Source: Pseudomonadota bacterium (GTDB lineage: Bacteria > Bdellovibrionota_B > Oligoflexia > Oligoflexales > CAIMVM01). From it: 64,000 nucleotides of DNA. The DNA is taken from contig JBAXBA010000001.1 in assembly GCA_037142195.1 (NCBI GenBank), positions 1 to 64,000 of the forward strand, read 5' to 3'. Positions 9,570 through 19,004 of this stretch are shown here, piece by piece. The translations under genes and the position numbers were made by a program. Under the pieces are notes generated by a model, which saw only the letters and a program-made list of their open reading frames with translations, ran no database searches and had not been told where the DNA came from. Within the stretch, counting starts at the first letter, position 1. Every line of letters starts with the position of its first letter.

Positions 9570-11312
9570 TTACTTTTTAGGAGCAAATCTACGAGGGGCT
9601 TTTTTGCCAAAGGTATCCTTTGCTTTCAAATCTCTTGGCGTTATCGAGCGCTCGCCCTTGGAAGAAGGTCTAGCAGATTTCGAGCTATCTCTTTTTTCTG
9701 TTAGGTAGACTTTTCCTTCAGGAAAGGTTGAGCCCCCATCCCGATCAGAGCCCTTACTACGTGATCTAAAACTTCGTGATTCAGAAGCTTCAGCGCTCAT
9801 TTCATGTCGGTCTGAACCAAAAGAAGCCGTCGGTCTATCATTATCAAATCGTCTTGGCCTAAATCCATCACGGGGGCTTTCGCGTCGAGCTGAAAAGTCA
9901 TTGCTTGAAGATCTTCCGAAAGAGCGTTTGCGATCATCGCCTCTTCCATAAGAACGGCCTTCTGGCTTTGCACCGCGATCATTTGGATTTAAAGAAGAAA
10001 CTGTATCTAAATTAAGACGCTTAATGTTTTTAGTCAGCAATCCTGCCAAAATAGCTACGGCTTCATCAGGCATAAGGCGCTCGACAGCACTTCTTGCTAG
10101 AGCTTCTGACTCACTCGGAGTTCCTGACAAGCTTGTGAGGCCCGCTTTCATCTTTTCAAGTTCATTTGAGGCAAATTTAAGGAGAATATCGCCTTTGCTT
10201 GGTAGCGATAATGCCGAAGCACTCACGCTAATATCCCGCATTAGAGAATGGTATTTTCTTTGATTTCCTGGAGTTAACATAGTCCATACGCGGCCACTTG
10301 CCCCGGCTCTGCCTGTTCGACCAGCTCTATGGGTATAGGAGTCTCTATTTCTAGGTGGCTCCATATTCACTACAAGAGGTAGTCCTACAATATCAATACC
10401 TCGAGCGGCAACGTTTGTCGCAATCAAATAGCGAAGGCGTCCTGATCTAAATTCATCCAGAGTTCTACGTCTATCATTTTGACCGAGGTCAGAATTAATC
10501 GCTTGTGATGGAATCCCGCGGGCTCGAAGAAGATCCGCTAAATCACTGCATTGAGCTTTAGTTTCACAAAAAACGATCGCTTGTTCTGGATCTTCATAAA
10601 TCAAGTTATTGACTAATGCCGACAATGTCTTAGAGGACTCTACCAGAATGTACTCATGTTGAATGGTCGAAGTAGATGTCACAGAACTGATCTTAAGCTC
10701 TACAGCATTTTTCAAAATCTTATCAGCTACACGTCGAGTACGTGGGCCCATAGTTGCTGAAAAAAATACAGTTTGTGCTGATGAAGGGACTGATTTTCTA
10801 ATAAGATCTATGTCTTCAGCAAATCCTACATCTAACATTTCATCAACTTCATCTAAGACAAACATGCTGATATTCTTTAAGTCTAAGGTGCCCTGATTCA
10901 TCAGGTCAACAACACGACCTGGAGTTCCAATCACCACGTCAACGCCCTGTCTAAGGGAGTCTCTTTGTCTTTGGTAGGAAGCGCCGCCTGTAATAACTAA
11001 CTGTCGAAGACCGGTGTTGGCTAACGCTGTGGAAAATACTTTACCCACCTGTTCCGCAAGTTCTCGCGTTGGGGTTAAAACAATAGCTCTTAAGCCTTTT
11101 GAACCCATAAGCCTAACTGCCATAGGTAGAAGGAAAGCCAATGTCTTACCAGAGCCCGTATGGCTTAGGCCGAGTAGGTCTTTACCCTCGATCACAGGCT
11201 TAAGGGCCTCATTTTGAATCGGAGTGGGGTTTAAAATCCCCATATCATTGAGGTTTTCCTTTAGTACTTCGGGTAAAATATCAAAGGCGCTGGTTTTTTT
11301 TTCTGAGGTCAT
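9570..11312 (-). CDS. DEAD-box RNA helicase with R/S/D-rich C-terminal tail
   Basis: Q motif PTPIQ, TGSGKT, PTRELA, TPGRV, DEVD, SAT, ARGID, HRAGRTGRAG. Confidence 0.95.
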   Translation of the reverse strand: MTSEKKTSAFDILPEVLKENLNDMGILNPTPIQNEALKPVIEGKDLLGLSHTGSGKTLAFLLPMAVRLMGSKGLRAIVLTPTRELAEQVGKVFSTALANTGLRQLVITGGASYQRQRDSLRQGVDVVIGTPGRVVDLMNQGTLDLKNISMFVLDEVDEMLDVGFAEDIDLIRKSVPSSAQTVFFSATMGPRTRRVADKILKNAVELKISSVTSTSTIQHEYILVESSKTLSALVNNLIYEDPEQAIVFCETKAQCSDLADLLRARGIPSQAINSDLGQNDRRRTLDEFRSGRLRYLIATNVAARGIDIVGLPLVVNMEPPRNRDSYTHRAGRTGRAGASGRVWTMLTPGNQRKYHSLMRDISVSASALSLPSKGDILLKFASNELEKMKAGLTSLSGTPSESEALARSAVERLMPDEAVAILAGLLTKNIKRLNLDTVSSLNPNDRGAKPEGRSYGRGDDRKRSFGRSSSNDFSARRESPRDGFRPRRFDNDRPTASFGSDRHEMSAEASESRSFRSRSKGSDRDGGSTFPEGKVYLTEKRDSSKSARPSSKGERSITPRDLKAKDTFGKKAPRRFAPKK

Positions 11313-11617
11313 GTGTTACATCCGTAGATAAGAAGAGATCCCCACGCAGGGGCTTTGCACAAGCCTTTAACCCGCCGTAAGAGGATTTACCACTAAATTC
11401 GTAAATATATTTTTTAGGGCTTCCAAGAGGCTCTGTAAGACACTGTATTAATTGGTATAATTGGAGGCATAGGATGTGGACCGTAGTTCGCCACTTCAAG
11501 GGAGCAGAATATTTACAGCTCGGTGAAGCTAGAAATTCTGAAGATTTAAGCAAATCGATTCTTTACCTTAGCCTCTATAAAAACAACCTATCCTCTCTTT
11601 GGATCAGACCAAGAGAT

Positions 11618-12142
11618 ATGTTTCTTTCGATAATGGAAAACGGTTCCCCAAGGTTTCAGCCCGTTTACAAAATACGAAAAGCAGCGCCCGCCGATATTTC
11701 GGAGCTTCTAACCTTTGGCTATGACGCATGGGGGGACGGCAGATCTATGCCATCATTTTTGGAATCCTATAATTTGGATCAGAATCATTTGCGCGGACAA
11801 CGGTATTTAATTGAGACTCTCGAGGGTGAAATCCTGGCTAACCTAAACACACTCATTCTTTCAAAGAATGTCATCGGCATTGCTTCGGTAGCAACAAAAC
11901 CAAGTGTGCGTAAAAAAGGCCATGCCGCCTTACTTTTAAAAGCAGTCATGGAACTTTTTAAACTCGAAAATTCTTCCTACACGTTCATGCTGTTTTCTGA
12001 AATTTCCCCCACCTACTATGAAAAATTAGGATTTACGTCTTTACCTTCAGAAAACCAAAAATTTCTGCCTTCGGTAGCAATGTCAAACGCAAGCCGAGAC
12101 TTGGAAAATGAGGAACTTGCTTTGATGGAACGCTACTTTTAG
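11618..12142 (+). CDS. GNAT family N-acetyltransferase
   Basis: IGIASVATKPSVRKKGHAALLL (acetyl-CoA motif A), YYEKLGF. Start uncertain (11618 or 11633; ORF track 11474). Confidence 0.8.
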   Translation: MFLSIMENGSPRFQPVYKIRKAAPADISELLTFGYDAWGDGRSMPSFLESYNLDQNHLRGQRYLIETLEGEILANLNTLILSKNVIGIASVATKPSVRKKGHAALLLKAVMELFKLENSSYTFMLFSEISPTYYEKLGFTSLPSENQKFLPSVAMSNASRDLENEELALMERYF

Positions 12143-12161
12143 AAATCGCTACTTTTAGAAA
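12131..12161 (+). repeat. Short tandem duplication spanning the GNAT stop codon
   Basis: CGCTACTTTTAGAAA at 12131-12145 and 12147-12161. Confidence 0.8.
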
Positions 12162-12275
12162 ACGCTCAAAATCACTTTCTTCAAGAGTTTATAGGCTCCG
12201 GAAAGCTACTTGGGCCTTTTCATAGCCCAGTTAAAACTATATTTGACTTTGTGAAGTTAAAAACTACATGACAAC

Positions 12276-12310
12276 AAAAAAGCCTCTAGAGTTAGCTAGA
12301 GGCTTTTTTT
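12276..12310. terminator. Bidirectional intrinsic terminator after dnaK
   Basis: AAAAAAGCCTCTAG-agttag-CTAGAGGCTTTTTTT. Confidence 0.88.
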
Positions 12311-12326
12311 GAGGAAAAGATTCTAA

Positions 12327-14222
12327 TTACTTCGTTGTATCTTCAAACTCGGCATCCACTACACCATCATCTTTACTAGAAGCTCCGGCTCCATTTGGGG
12401 CCTGGCCTTGATCCGCAGCGCTTGCGCCTGCTTGTCTATAGATGGACTCTGTAAGCTTATGCAGCTTAGCTTCAAACTCGGTCTTAGCAGCTTTAAGAGT
12501 ATCGATGTCCTTATCTAGTTTAGATCGAGCATCTACCATGGCTGCTTCCACTTCTTTTTTTAAGTCTGCAGGCAGCTTTTCCTGATTGTCTTTAATCATT
12601 TTTTCAGCCTGATAGATCAACGAATCCAAAGAGTTTTTAGCTTCGATAGTTTCTTTAACCTTCTTGTCTGCTTCGGAATTCTTTTCAGCATCTCGGACCA
12701 TTCTCTCGATTTCCTCTTGGGAGAGTTTGGTATCGGCTTCGATGCGGATGCGCTGCTCTTTGCCGGTACCAAGATCTTTGGCAGAAACTGCGACAATCCC
12801 GTTAGCATCAATATCAAAGGTCACTTCAATCTGTGGCACGCCCCTTGGCGCTGGAGGAATGTCCACCAAACTAAATCTGCCGATGGACTTATTGTCACGA
12901 GCCATCTCTCGCTCACCTTGAATCACCACGATTTCTACTGAAGTCTGAGAGTCAGCAGCGGTTGAAAACACTTGGCTCTTTTTTGTAGGTATCGTTGTGT
13001 TTCTTTCGATCAAGCGTGTCATGACGCCACCTAGAGTTTCTATCCCTAGTGAAAGTGGCGTGACATCTAAAAGTAAGACGTCCTTGACATCGCCAGAAAG
13101 AATTGCGGCTTGAACTGCGGCTCCGACGGCAACCACTTCATCAGGATTTACAGTTTTATTCGGCTCTTTATTGAAAAAGCCTTTAACTTTCGCCTGAACA
13201 AGAGGAATTCGAGTCGAACCACCGACAAGTAGAACTTCGTTGATATCATTAGCTGTAAGGCCAGCATCTTTAAGAACCTTACGGCAAGGTTCTAGAGTCC
13301 TTTCGATAAGATCGCCAATCATGCGCTCAAACTCAGGGCGTGAAATCGTCGCTTGCAAATGCTTTGGACCTGTCTGATCCGCAGTTAAGTAAGCAATATT
13401 GACATCAGTGCTCTGAGCAAAGGAAAGCTCCATCTTGGCCTTTTCAGCTGCTTCTTTTAGGCGCTGCATGGCTAGGGGATCACTTGAAACATCAATCCCC
13501 GTATCCCCTTTAAACTTAGATGTAAGATGCTTGATAAGAAGTTCATCTACATTGTCACCACCTAAGTGTGTGTCACCGTTGGTCGCTAGAACTTCAACAA
13601 CATTATCGCCAACTTCCAATATAGAAACGTCAAACGTTCCTCCACCAAAGTCATAAACAGCAATTTTTTCATGGGCTTTTTTATCTAGACCATAAGCTAA
13701 AGCTGCGGCTGTAGGTTCCGCAACGATTCGCTCTACCTCTAGACCAGCGATTCTTCCGGCGTCTTTTGTAGCTTGGCGCTGAGCATCATTGAAATAAGCA
13801 GGAACTGTAATGACAGCTTTAGTTACCGGCTCGCCGAGATAGTCTTCAGCTGCTGCCTTTAATTTAGACAATATCTTTGCTGCTACTTCGGCCGGACTCA
13901 CATCTCGCCCAGAAACCTCGAATATGGCCCCACCAGCTTTACCTGCTTTTACAGTAAAGGGAACAAGCTTAGACTCGTTCTTAGTTTCTTCAAAACTTGA
14001 GCCTATAAAGCGCTTTGATGAAAAAATAGTATTTCTTGGATTGGTTTCGGCTTGACGTCTGGCAGGTACACCCACGAGCACGTCACCATCTTTAGTATAA
14101 GCTACTACAGAGGGGGTTGTGCGATGGCCTTCCGCATTTTGGATAACTTTATATTGACCATGCTCCATAACTGCCACTACCGAGTTTGTGGTGCCCAGGT
14201 CGATCCCGATCATCTTTCCCAT
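12327..14222 (-). CDS. dnaK: Chaperone DnaK (Hsp70)
   Basis: [69 protein letters not shown]-terminal [15 protein letters not shown] before ATG 14222. Confidence 0.98.
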   Translation of the reverse strand: MGKMIGIDLGTTNSVVAVMEHGQYKVIQNAEGHRTTPSVVAYTKDGDVLVGVPARRQAETNPRNTIFSSKRFIGSSFEETKNESKLVPFTVKAGKAGGAIFEVSGRDVSPAEVAAKILSKLKAAAEDYLGEPVTKAVITVPAYFNDAQRQATKDAGRIAGLEVERIVAEPTAAALAYGLDKKAHEKIAVYDFGGGTFDVSILEVGDNVVEVLATNGDTHLGGDNVDELLIKHLTSKFKGDTGIDVSSDPLAMQRLKEAAEKAKMELSFAQSTDVNIAYLTADQTGPKHLQATISRPEFERMIGDLIERTLEPCRKVLKDAGLTANDINEVLLVGGSTRIPLVQAKVKGFFNKEPNKTVNPDEVVAVGAAVQAAILSGDVKDVLLLDVTPLSLGIETLGGVMTRLIERNTTIPTKKSQVFSTAADSQTSVEIVVIQGEREMARDNKSIGRFSLVDIPPAPRGVPQIEVTFDIDANGIVAVSAKDLGTGKEQRIRIEADTKLSQEEIERMVRDAEKNSEADKKVKETIEAKNSLDSLIYQAEKMIKDNQEKLPADLKKEVEAAMVDARSKLDKDIDTLKAAKTEFEAKLHKLTESIYRQAGASAADQGQAPNGAGASSKDDGVVDAEFEDTTK

Positions 14223-14298
14223 ATTTGCCTCCATTTACGTTTAATTTCAAATACTTATAAACGAAACTAGGTTCGTTTGTATTGCCTTCACTCCCCAA

Positions 14299-14326
14299 AG
14301 GATAAGTTGCTAATGGTCACTGTCAA
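14299..14326 (-). promoter_or_regulatory. Candidate sigma70-type promoter for dnaK
   Basis: Minus strand TTGACA-N16-TATCCT. Confidence 0.45.
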
Positions 14327-14380
14327 GGGCCGCTGTGCTAAAATAAGATAAACCCAACCTTGACCACCAGGAGCCGGCGG

Positions 14381-15514
14381 ATGCATGAGTTAAACTGCCC
14401 TAATTGCAATACACCAAGCCAGTTCGAACTAAAAGACCATTTCCACCTCTGCCCTTATTGTTCTACAACGTTTCATCTTGACTATGCTACAGGCCGAAAA
14501 GAGATCTTTCATGATCACTTTATCGTTCCCAACCAAGTAGATGCCAAGCGCATCAAAGAAATCATTGTCGAGTGGTTTAAACGTTTTCACCACAGCCCCG
14601 TTCAAGCTGAGTTAGAGTTTAAAGTAACGCAACTCACGGGAATCTCTATTCCTCACTGGATCATATCAGTCGATGTCCACACAACCTGGAAAGGCTATGT
14701 GACAAGACAATCAGTAAATAAACTCGATCCGAGCCCTAATTCCCGCTATCTTATGGAAAGCGGAACCTTTAAACGTGTCTATCGTTGGGCAGTTTCTGCA
14801 AGAAAGAACATTAATGAACAGTGGGGAATGCTTCGCATTCACCATCCTAGAGAAGAAATCTATGCCGATTGGGATGGATTCCCCCTCGATTCCACTTTTT
14901 CTCGCGGCCTATTAGGTACCATTTCTCCCGCAGAAGAAAACAAGATTCAAGATCGCATCTACGATGCTAAAGAGCCATTTGATTTTAGATTTGCAAACGG
15001 TACGAAAATTCTATCTACGCAAATTGACGAAACTGAGGCAATTAGGCGGGCTCAAAGACATATTGATCAATACCACCTTAAACTTGCTCAAGTACAATGT
15101 GATACTTTAATTGACATACAGACTGACTTTGACATGGCAGGAATCCAACTTGTGCACCTTCCCGTATGGACTGGAAAATATATCTACAAACCACAGGGAT
15201 TTCTAACTCACTTTACCAAATACGAGGAAAAGAACCTGCTTATTGATGGATTTGGCGCCGGGGTATTGCAGGGCGAGCTCGTTCTCATCAAGTCAGAGAA
15301 AATGATGATCAATGCATGGGTTACAGCTGCAGCTTCACTCATACTCATCATTCTAGCTTTTGTCATTCATCCAGCTTTTATTCTAGCGGCTCTGTTTACC
15401 ACAGGGGTATCCATTATAAGTGGCTATCTCAGCAAGAAAGCGGCAATGGAGAAACTTGACGCGGAAACCAAGAATGATATCGCGAAGGGAACTTTAAGGC
15501 TTCATGCCGCCTAA
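14381..15514 (+). CDS. Zinc-ribbon protein with two C-terminal TM helices, function unknown
   Basis: CPNC...CPYC at the N-terminus; VHLPVW motif; two hydrophobic helices at the C-terminus; AGGAG SD before ATG 14381. Confidence 0.7.
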   Translation: MHELNCPNCNTPSQFELKDHFHLCPYCSTTFHLDYATGRKEIFHDHFIVPNQVDAKRIKEIIVEWFKRFHHSPVQAELEFKVTQLTGISIPHWIISVDVHTTWKGYVTRQSVNKLDPSPNSRYLMESGTFKRVYRWAVSARKNINEQWGMLRIHHPREEIYADWDGFPLDSTFSRGLLGTISPAEENKIQDRIYDAKEPFDFRFANGTKILSTQIDETEAIRRAQRHIDQYHLKLAQVQCDTLIDIQTDFDMAGIQLVHLPVWTGKYIYKPQGFLTHFTKYEEKNLLIDGFGAGVLQGELVLIKSEKMMINAWVTAAASLILIILAFVIHPAFILAALFTTGVSIISGYLSKKAAMEKLDAETKNDIAKGTLRLHAA

Positions 15515-15609
15515 GACTTAGCTTATTGTAGTGAGTCGCTTTCCAAGGAAAGAATATGTGGTTTCTATATATCAATCTTATTTGTGGGAGAAATTCTGAG
15601 GGCCTTGTT

Positions 15610-16619
15610 TCAAGAAGAGCTCTTTTCAACGAGGGGCGTCTTCAAGTTTTTTACGCCTAAGTACCCCAGTAAAAAAAAACTTACTAGAACCTTTATAAAG
15701 TAACTGGAAAACAAGGCATTGGTTTCCATATAAAAATTGATTCTTTCACTTTGACAAAGAAGCTTGTCCCACCAAAGTGTCTCAAAAAGAGTCTGAGGGT
15801 TCCAATGAAAATATCTTAGTAAATTATAAACATATCCGATAAGCTCGATGAAAGGTGACATCACAATATCGAAAAAGACTAATTTTTTCTGACCTATTCC
15901 AATCAAAAAGCTCACCATCATATTTCCCAATAGAAATCGAACCCAATGGGATCTATCCAAAAAAAATGAATGAATGGACATAATGATCGCAATCATAATG
16001 AGTGACGACTCCTTTTCAAACATCAGAGGGCTCACCAAAGAAAGCGAAAATAGATTGAAAATCAAACCGCGTTTACCATAAAGTCCGAAATAATCTCGCA
16101 TGACATAGAGAGGTCCGCACCAGAAAATCACCCGCAAAATCCCAAGTCCTGTAAGGTTATCTGGAAAAGTCATTACTGCCAGCACTACAGAAAGAATTTC
16201 TAGATACTGAATTTTATATTTAGAATCAAGAAACCATCGAAATGCCCAAAAAAAAGGAAGCAAAAAAAGCCTACTAAGTGTTTTGTAATTATAGAAAAGA
16301 AGAACCTTATCTTCTATCTGTCCCCCAAGACCCGCAAGGCGCACACAGTTTAAAAAAAAACTGGCTCGGCCCCGGTTGCCTCAGGCTTCTTTCCCAACTC
16401 TGAGTCCGCTGAAGGAAACCCGAAGGCAATAGATGTTTTAGTGTTTCCCGCAAAAGAATAGAAATGAGTCGGCATCCCCTCAGCAGATTCTTTTGATTTT
16501 GCGTATAGAAGATAAAATAATCCCAATAGAACCAGAAGTGCATTCTTCTTCGACCGCGAGCCAGGCTCCATGGAAAAATAAAGAGCTGGATTCAGGATGC
16601 CAATGAGCCAATAATACAT
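15610..16619 (-). pseudogene. Polytopic membrane protein split by a frameshift in a T9 tract
   Basis: ORFs 16350-16619 and 15610-16344 join into one frame if the T9 run (A9 at 16352-16360 on +) were T10: ...GAEPVFF-LNCVRLAGLGGQ... Confidence 0.55.
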
Positions 16620-16726
16620 ACATAAATTCCATAAATTTAGAAATTACCTAAGTCTTATAGAGGACAATGACTTAGATCCATCACAGAAATAATATAGAAT
16701 GACGTATAGGCAGATGGGGGTGATGG

Positions 16727-17671
16727 GTGCTTACAGCGGAAAGATTTCATTCGATCGTTTTTGAACGTGATAAAGTTGATATTAGCCTACCTTTGTTTGC
16801 CGCTACTTCCTACTTTATCAGTCCCTCCGAACCCTCTTTAGAACGCTTTTTAAAGGCCATGCAAACTCTCGCGGGGGAAACCGGCGATGAGATTGACCGA
16901 GAGTTCAAAACCTACTTTGATTTGACAAATACCAATATAGCTGAACTTTTTTGGCTTTCTATCTCCGACTCTCCCAGCGATGCTCACTCCAAGTCCGCAA
17001 TACTACTTGTGATTAAACTTGCAGAAAAATCAAAGAATAATCCGCTTAAGTATTTGGCAGCACACTGCCTCTATGAAAACTCATTGTTCAAAGAATGTTC
17101 TGCACTCTTAGCCCGCATACCAGGGGCCGACATCAACGTCCTCTTGCTTGAGGGTATGTGTTACTTTCAGATGAAGCAGTACTTTGATTCTCTAAGCTGT
17201 TTTGAAAATATCTTGAAGCTTGATCCCAAAGACACCATGAGTCAAAAATTTAGATGCTTAAGTCTTATGAAACTTGGCCGGGGATCAGAAGCCCTCGAAG
17301 GGCTTAGTGGGCTTTGGGTTGAGCTCAAGTCCTTTGAGTTCTTTGCCCTCTGGGTTGACTCTGTGCTAAAGTTCTCGGAATTTAAAGACTCCATTTGGGC
17401 TGGCTTCGACAAGCTGAAGGAAATGATCCCTAGGGAAGCTCTATTTGTCGATGCTGATTCTTTGTCTATCGTCATAGAAGCAGCGTTCCTAACCGCAGAA
17501 CCTTTTAAGTCCAAGTTGTTTCACAATATCTCTGAACTCATTAGTGACCCCAATCTCATCGGAAGCTTAGCTCATTTTCTGGCTAGAGAATCCGCAAATG
17601 GGATGACTGAAAACTCCCAGTTCGTATCAACACTTTTGGAAAAACTCCTCTCAACCCCAAAGGATTCTTGA
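16727..17671 (+). CDS. TPR-containing hypothetical protein
   Basis: LLLEGMCYFQMKQYFDSLSCFENILKLDPKD TPR motif. Confidence 0.7.
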   Translation: MLTAERFHSIVFERDKVDISLPLFAATSYFISPSEPSLERFLKAMQTLAGETGDEIDREFKTYFDLTNTNIAELFWLSISDSPSDAHSKSAILLVIKLAEKSKNNPLKYLAAHCLYENSLFKECSALLARIPGADINVLLLEGMCYFQMKQYFDSLSCFENILKLDPKDTMSQKFRCLSLMKLGRGSEALEGLSGLWVELKSFEFFALWVDSVLKFSEFKDSIWAGFDKLKEMIPREALFVDADSLSIVIEAAFLTAEPFKSKLFHNISELISDPNLIGSLAHFLARESANGMTENSQFVSTLLEKLLSTPKDS

Positions 17672-17731
17672 ATCGGATTGAAACGGCTTCAGCAATGAGA
17701 GCCATGAACTAAGGTCATATCCATTGGAAAT

Positions 17732-18643
17732 CTAAAGAACAGCGGATGCCGAAATCTTTTCCATATGACCTAAGGGCTTGTGGTTACCCCAATAGACTTC
17801 CAAATAGTCTTGCTGATGAAGCATGATGTTTTTAGTAAACTCGCCATGAAGGGCATGTCCACTCTTTCTGAGAGTAATTTTTCCCTTTAGAACTCCGCCA
17901 AGCAAAGCTAGATCGCCAATGCAATCAAGGAGCTTATGGCGAACAAATTCATCTTCAAATCGGAGACCTTCGCCATTTAATACTTTGTGATCATCGACCA
18001 CCACAGCATTATCTAAAGACCCGCCTCTAGCTAATCCTTTTTCCCGCATAAAATTTACGTCTTTTATGTGACAAAAAGTCCGCGCTTCTGAAAATGTAGA
18101 GAATGTTTTGTCATCAAACAGAGTAAGAATGGATTGCTTGCCTATTACGGGACTCAATTCCGTAAAATCAATACTGCAATGAAAACTCAATCCATCAAAC
18201 GGCTCCATGCGGATTAAGTGGTCGCCGTGGGCTATTTCAAAAGGTTTCTTGCACACTAAAAACTTTTTTGGGGCAGCCTGATCGACAATGCCCGCAATTA
18301 AAATCTGGTCCACAAAAGGTGCAGCCGAGCCGTCCAAGATGGGAACTTCACCGTTATCAATACGAACATAAGCATTATCAACACCCAGACCAGCAAAAGC
18401 CGCCATTAAGTGCTCAATAGTCGAAACACGACTCGCTCCTGAACCGATAGCAGTCGAAAGGGTGGTTTCCGTAATATTAAAGGGATTTGCTAATACAGGA
18501 TAAGCCGAAGCACTATCGGTACGATGAAAGATAATTCCCGTATTGGGTGCCGCAGGAAAAATTTCCACATGTACCATACACCCCGAGTGGAGGCCAACTC
18601 CGGCGAACTTAACCGGACATGCTAATGTAGCTTGCTGGATCAA
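17732..18643 (-). CDS. lpxC: UDP-3-O-acyl-N-acetylglucosamine deacetylase
   Basis: GVGLHSG, STIEHLMAA, EVPILDGSA, ARTF, LRFEDEFVRHKLLDCIGDL, SGH. Confidence 0.98.
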   Translation of the reverse strand: MIQQATLACPVKFAGVGLHSGCMVHVEIFPAAPNTGIIFHRTDSASAYPVLANPFNITETTLSTAIGSGASRVSTIEHLMAAFAGLGVDNAYVRIDNGEVPILDGSAAPFVDQILIAGIVDQAAPKKFLVCKKPFEIAHGDHLIRMEPFDGLSFHCSIDFTELSPVIGKQSILTLFDDKTFSTFSEARTFCHIKDVNFMREKGLARGGSLDNAVVVDDHKVLNGEGLRFEDEFVRHKLLDCIGDLALLGGVLKGKITLRKSGHALHGEFTKNIMLHQQDYLEVYWGNHKPLGHMEKISASAVL

Positions 18644-18728
18644 TGGGACCTCTTCTGCCCAAGGGCTCTTTCAATCGCAATGCCTAAATTTTATGCCAAA
18701 TGGATAAAGCTCAGGCAAAGGATGTCTT

Positions 18729-18745
18729 TGCAAATGTTGTGCCTA
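18729..18745 (-). promoter_or_regulatory. Candidate sigma54 (-24/-12) promoter of lpxC
   Basis: Minus strand TAGGCACAACATTTGCA = GG-N10-GC with the GGCAC and TTGCA consensus cores. Confidence 0.6.
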
Positions 18746-18770
18746 TTAGTATTAAATTTTAATCTATATA

Positions 18771-18783
18771 TTTCAACATGTTA
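18771..18783 (+). promoter_or_regulatory. Candidate IHF binding site
   Basis: TTTCAACATGTTA versus consensus WATCAANNNNTTR (one mismatch), next to an AT-rich tract and just upstream of the sigma54 motif. Confidence 0.4.
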
Positions 18784-19004
18784 GCGCAACGAAAGGGGGG
18801 GGGAAGGCCATTCATGTATCAAAAAATCAGTCTCGAATGAGCCACACTGAGGTGGTCAAGGCACGCTACCTGAAAGAAGGTGCTTTTGGTTTATTCTTAA
18901 GATGATGAACCTATATTCATCTAGCGCATAGGCGAGGATGCAAAAGCACCCATGATCATGAGTCCCAAAGAACCTCAGGGTAGCCAGTTATGCCCTAACT
19001 CTGA

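Noticed and set aside
14287..14313. CIRCE element upstream of dnaK
   Set aside because: Minus-strand TTAGCAACT...GAGTGAAGG matches only partly and the spacing is not N9.
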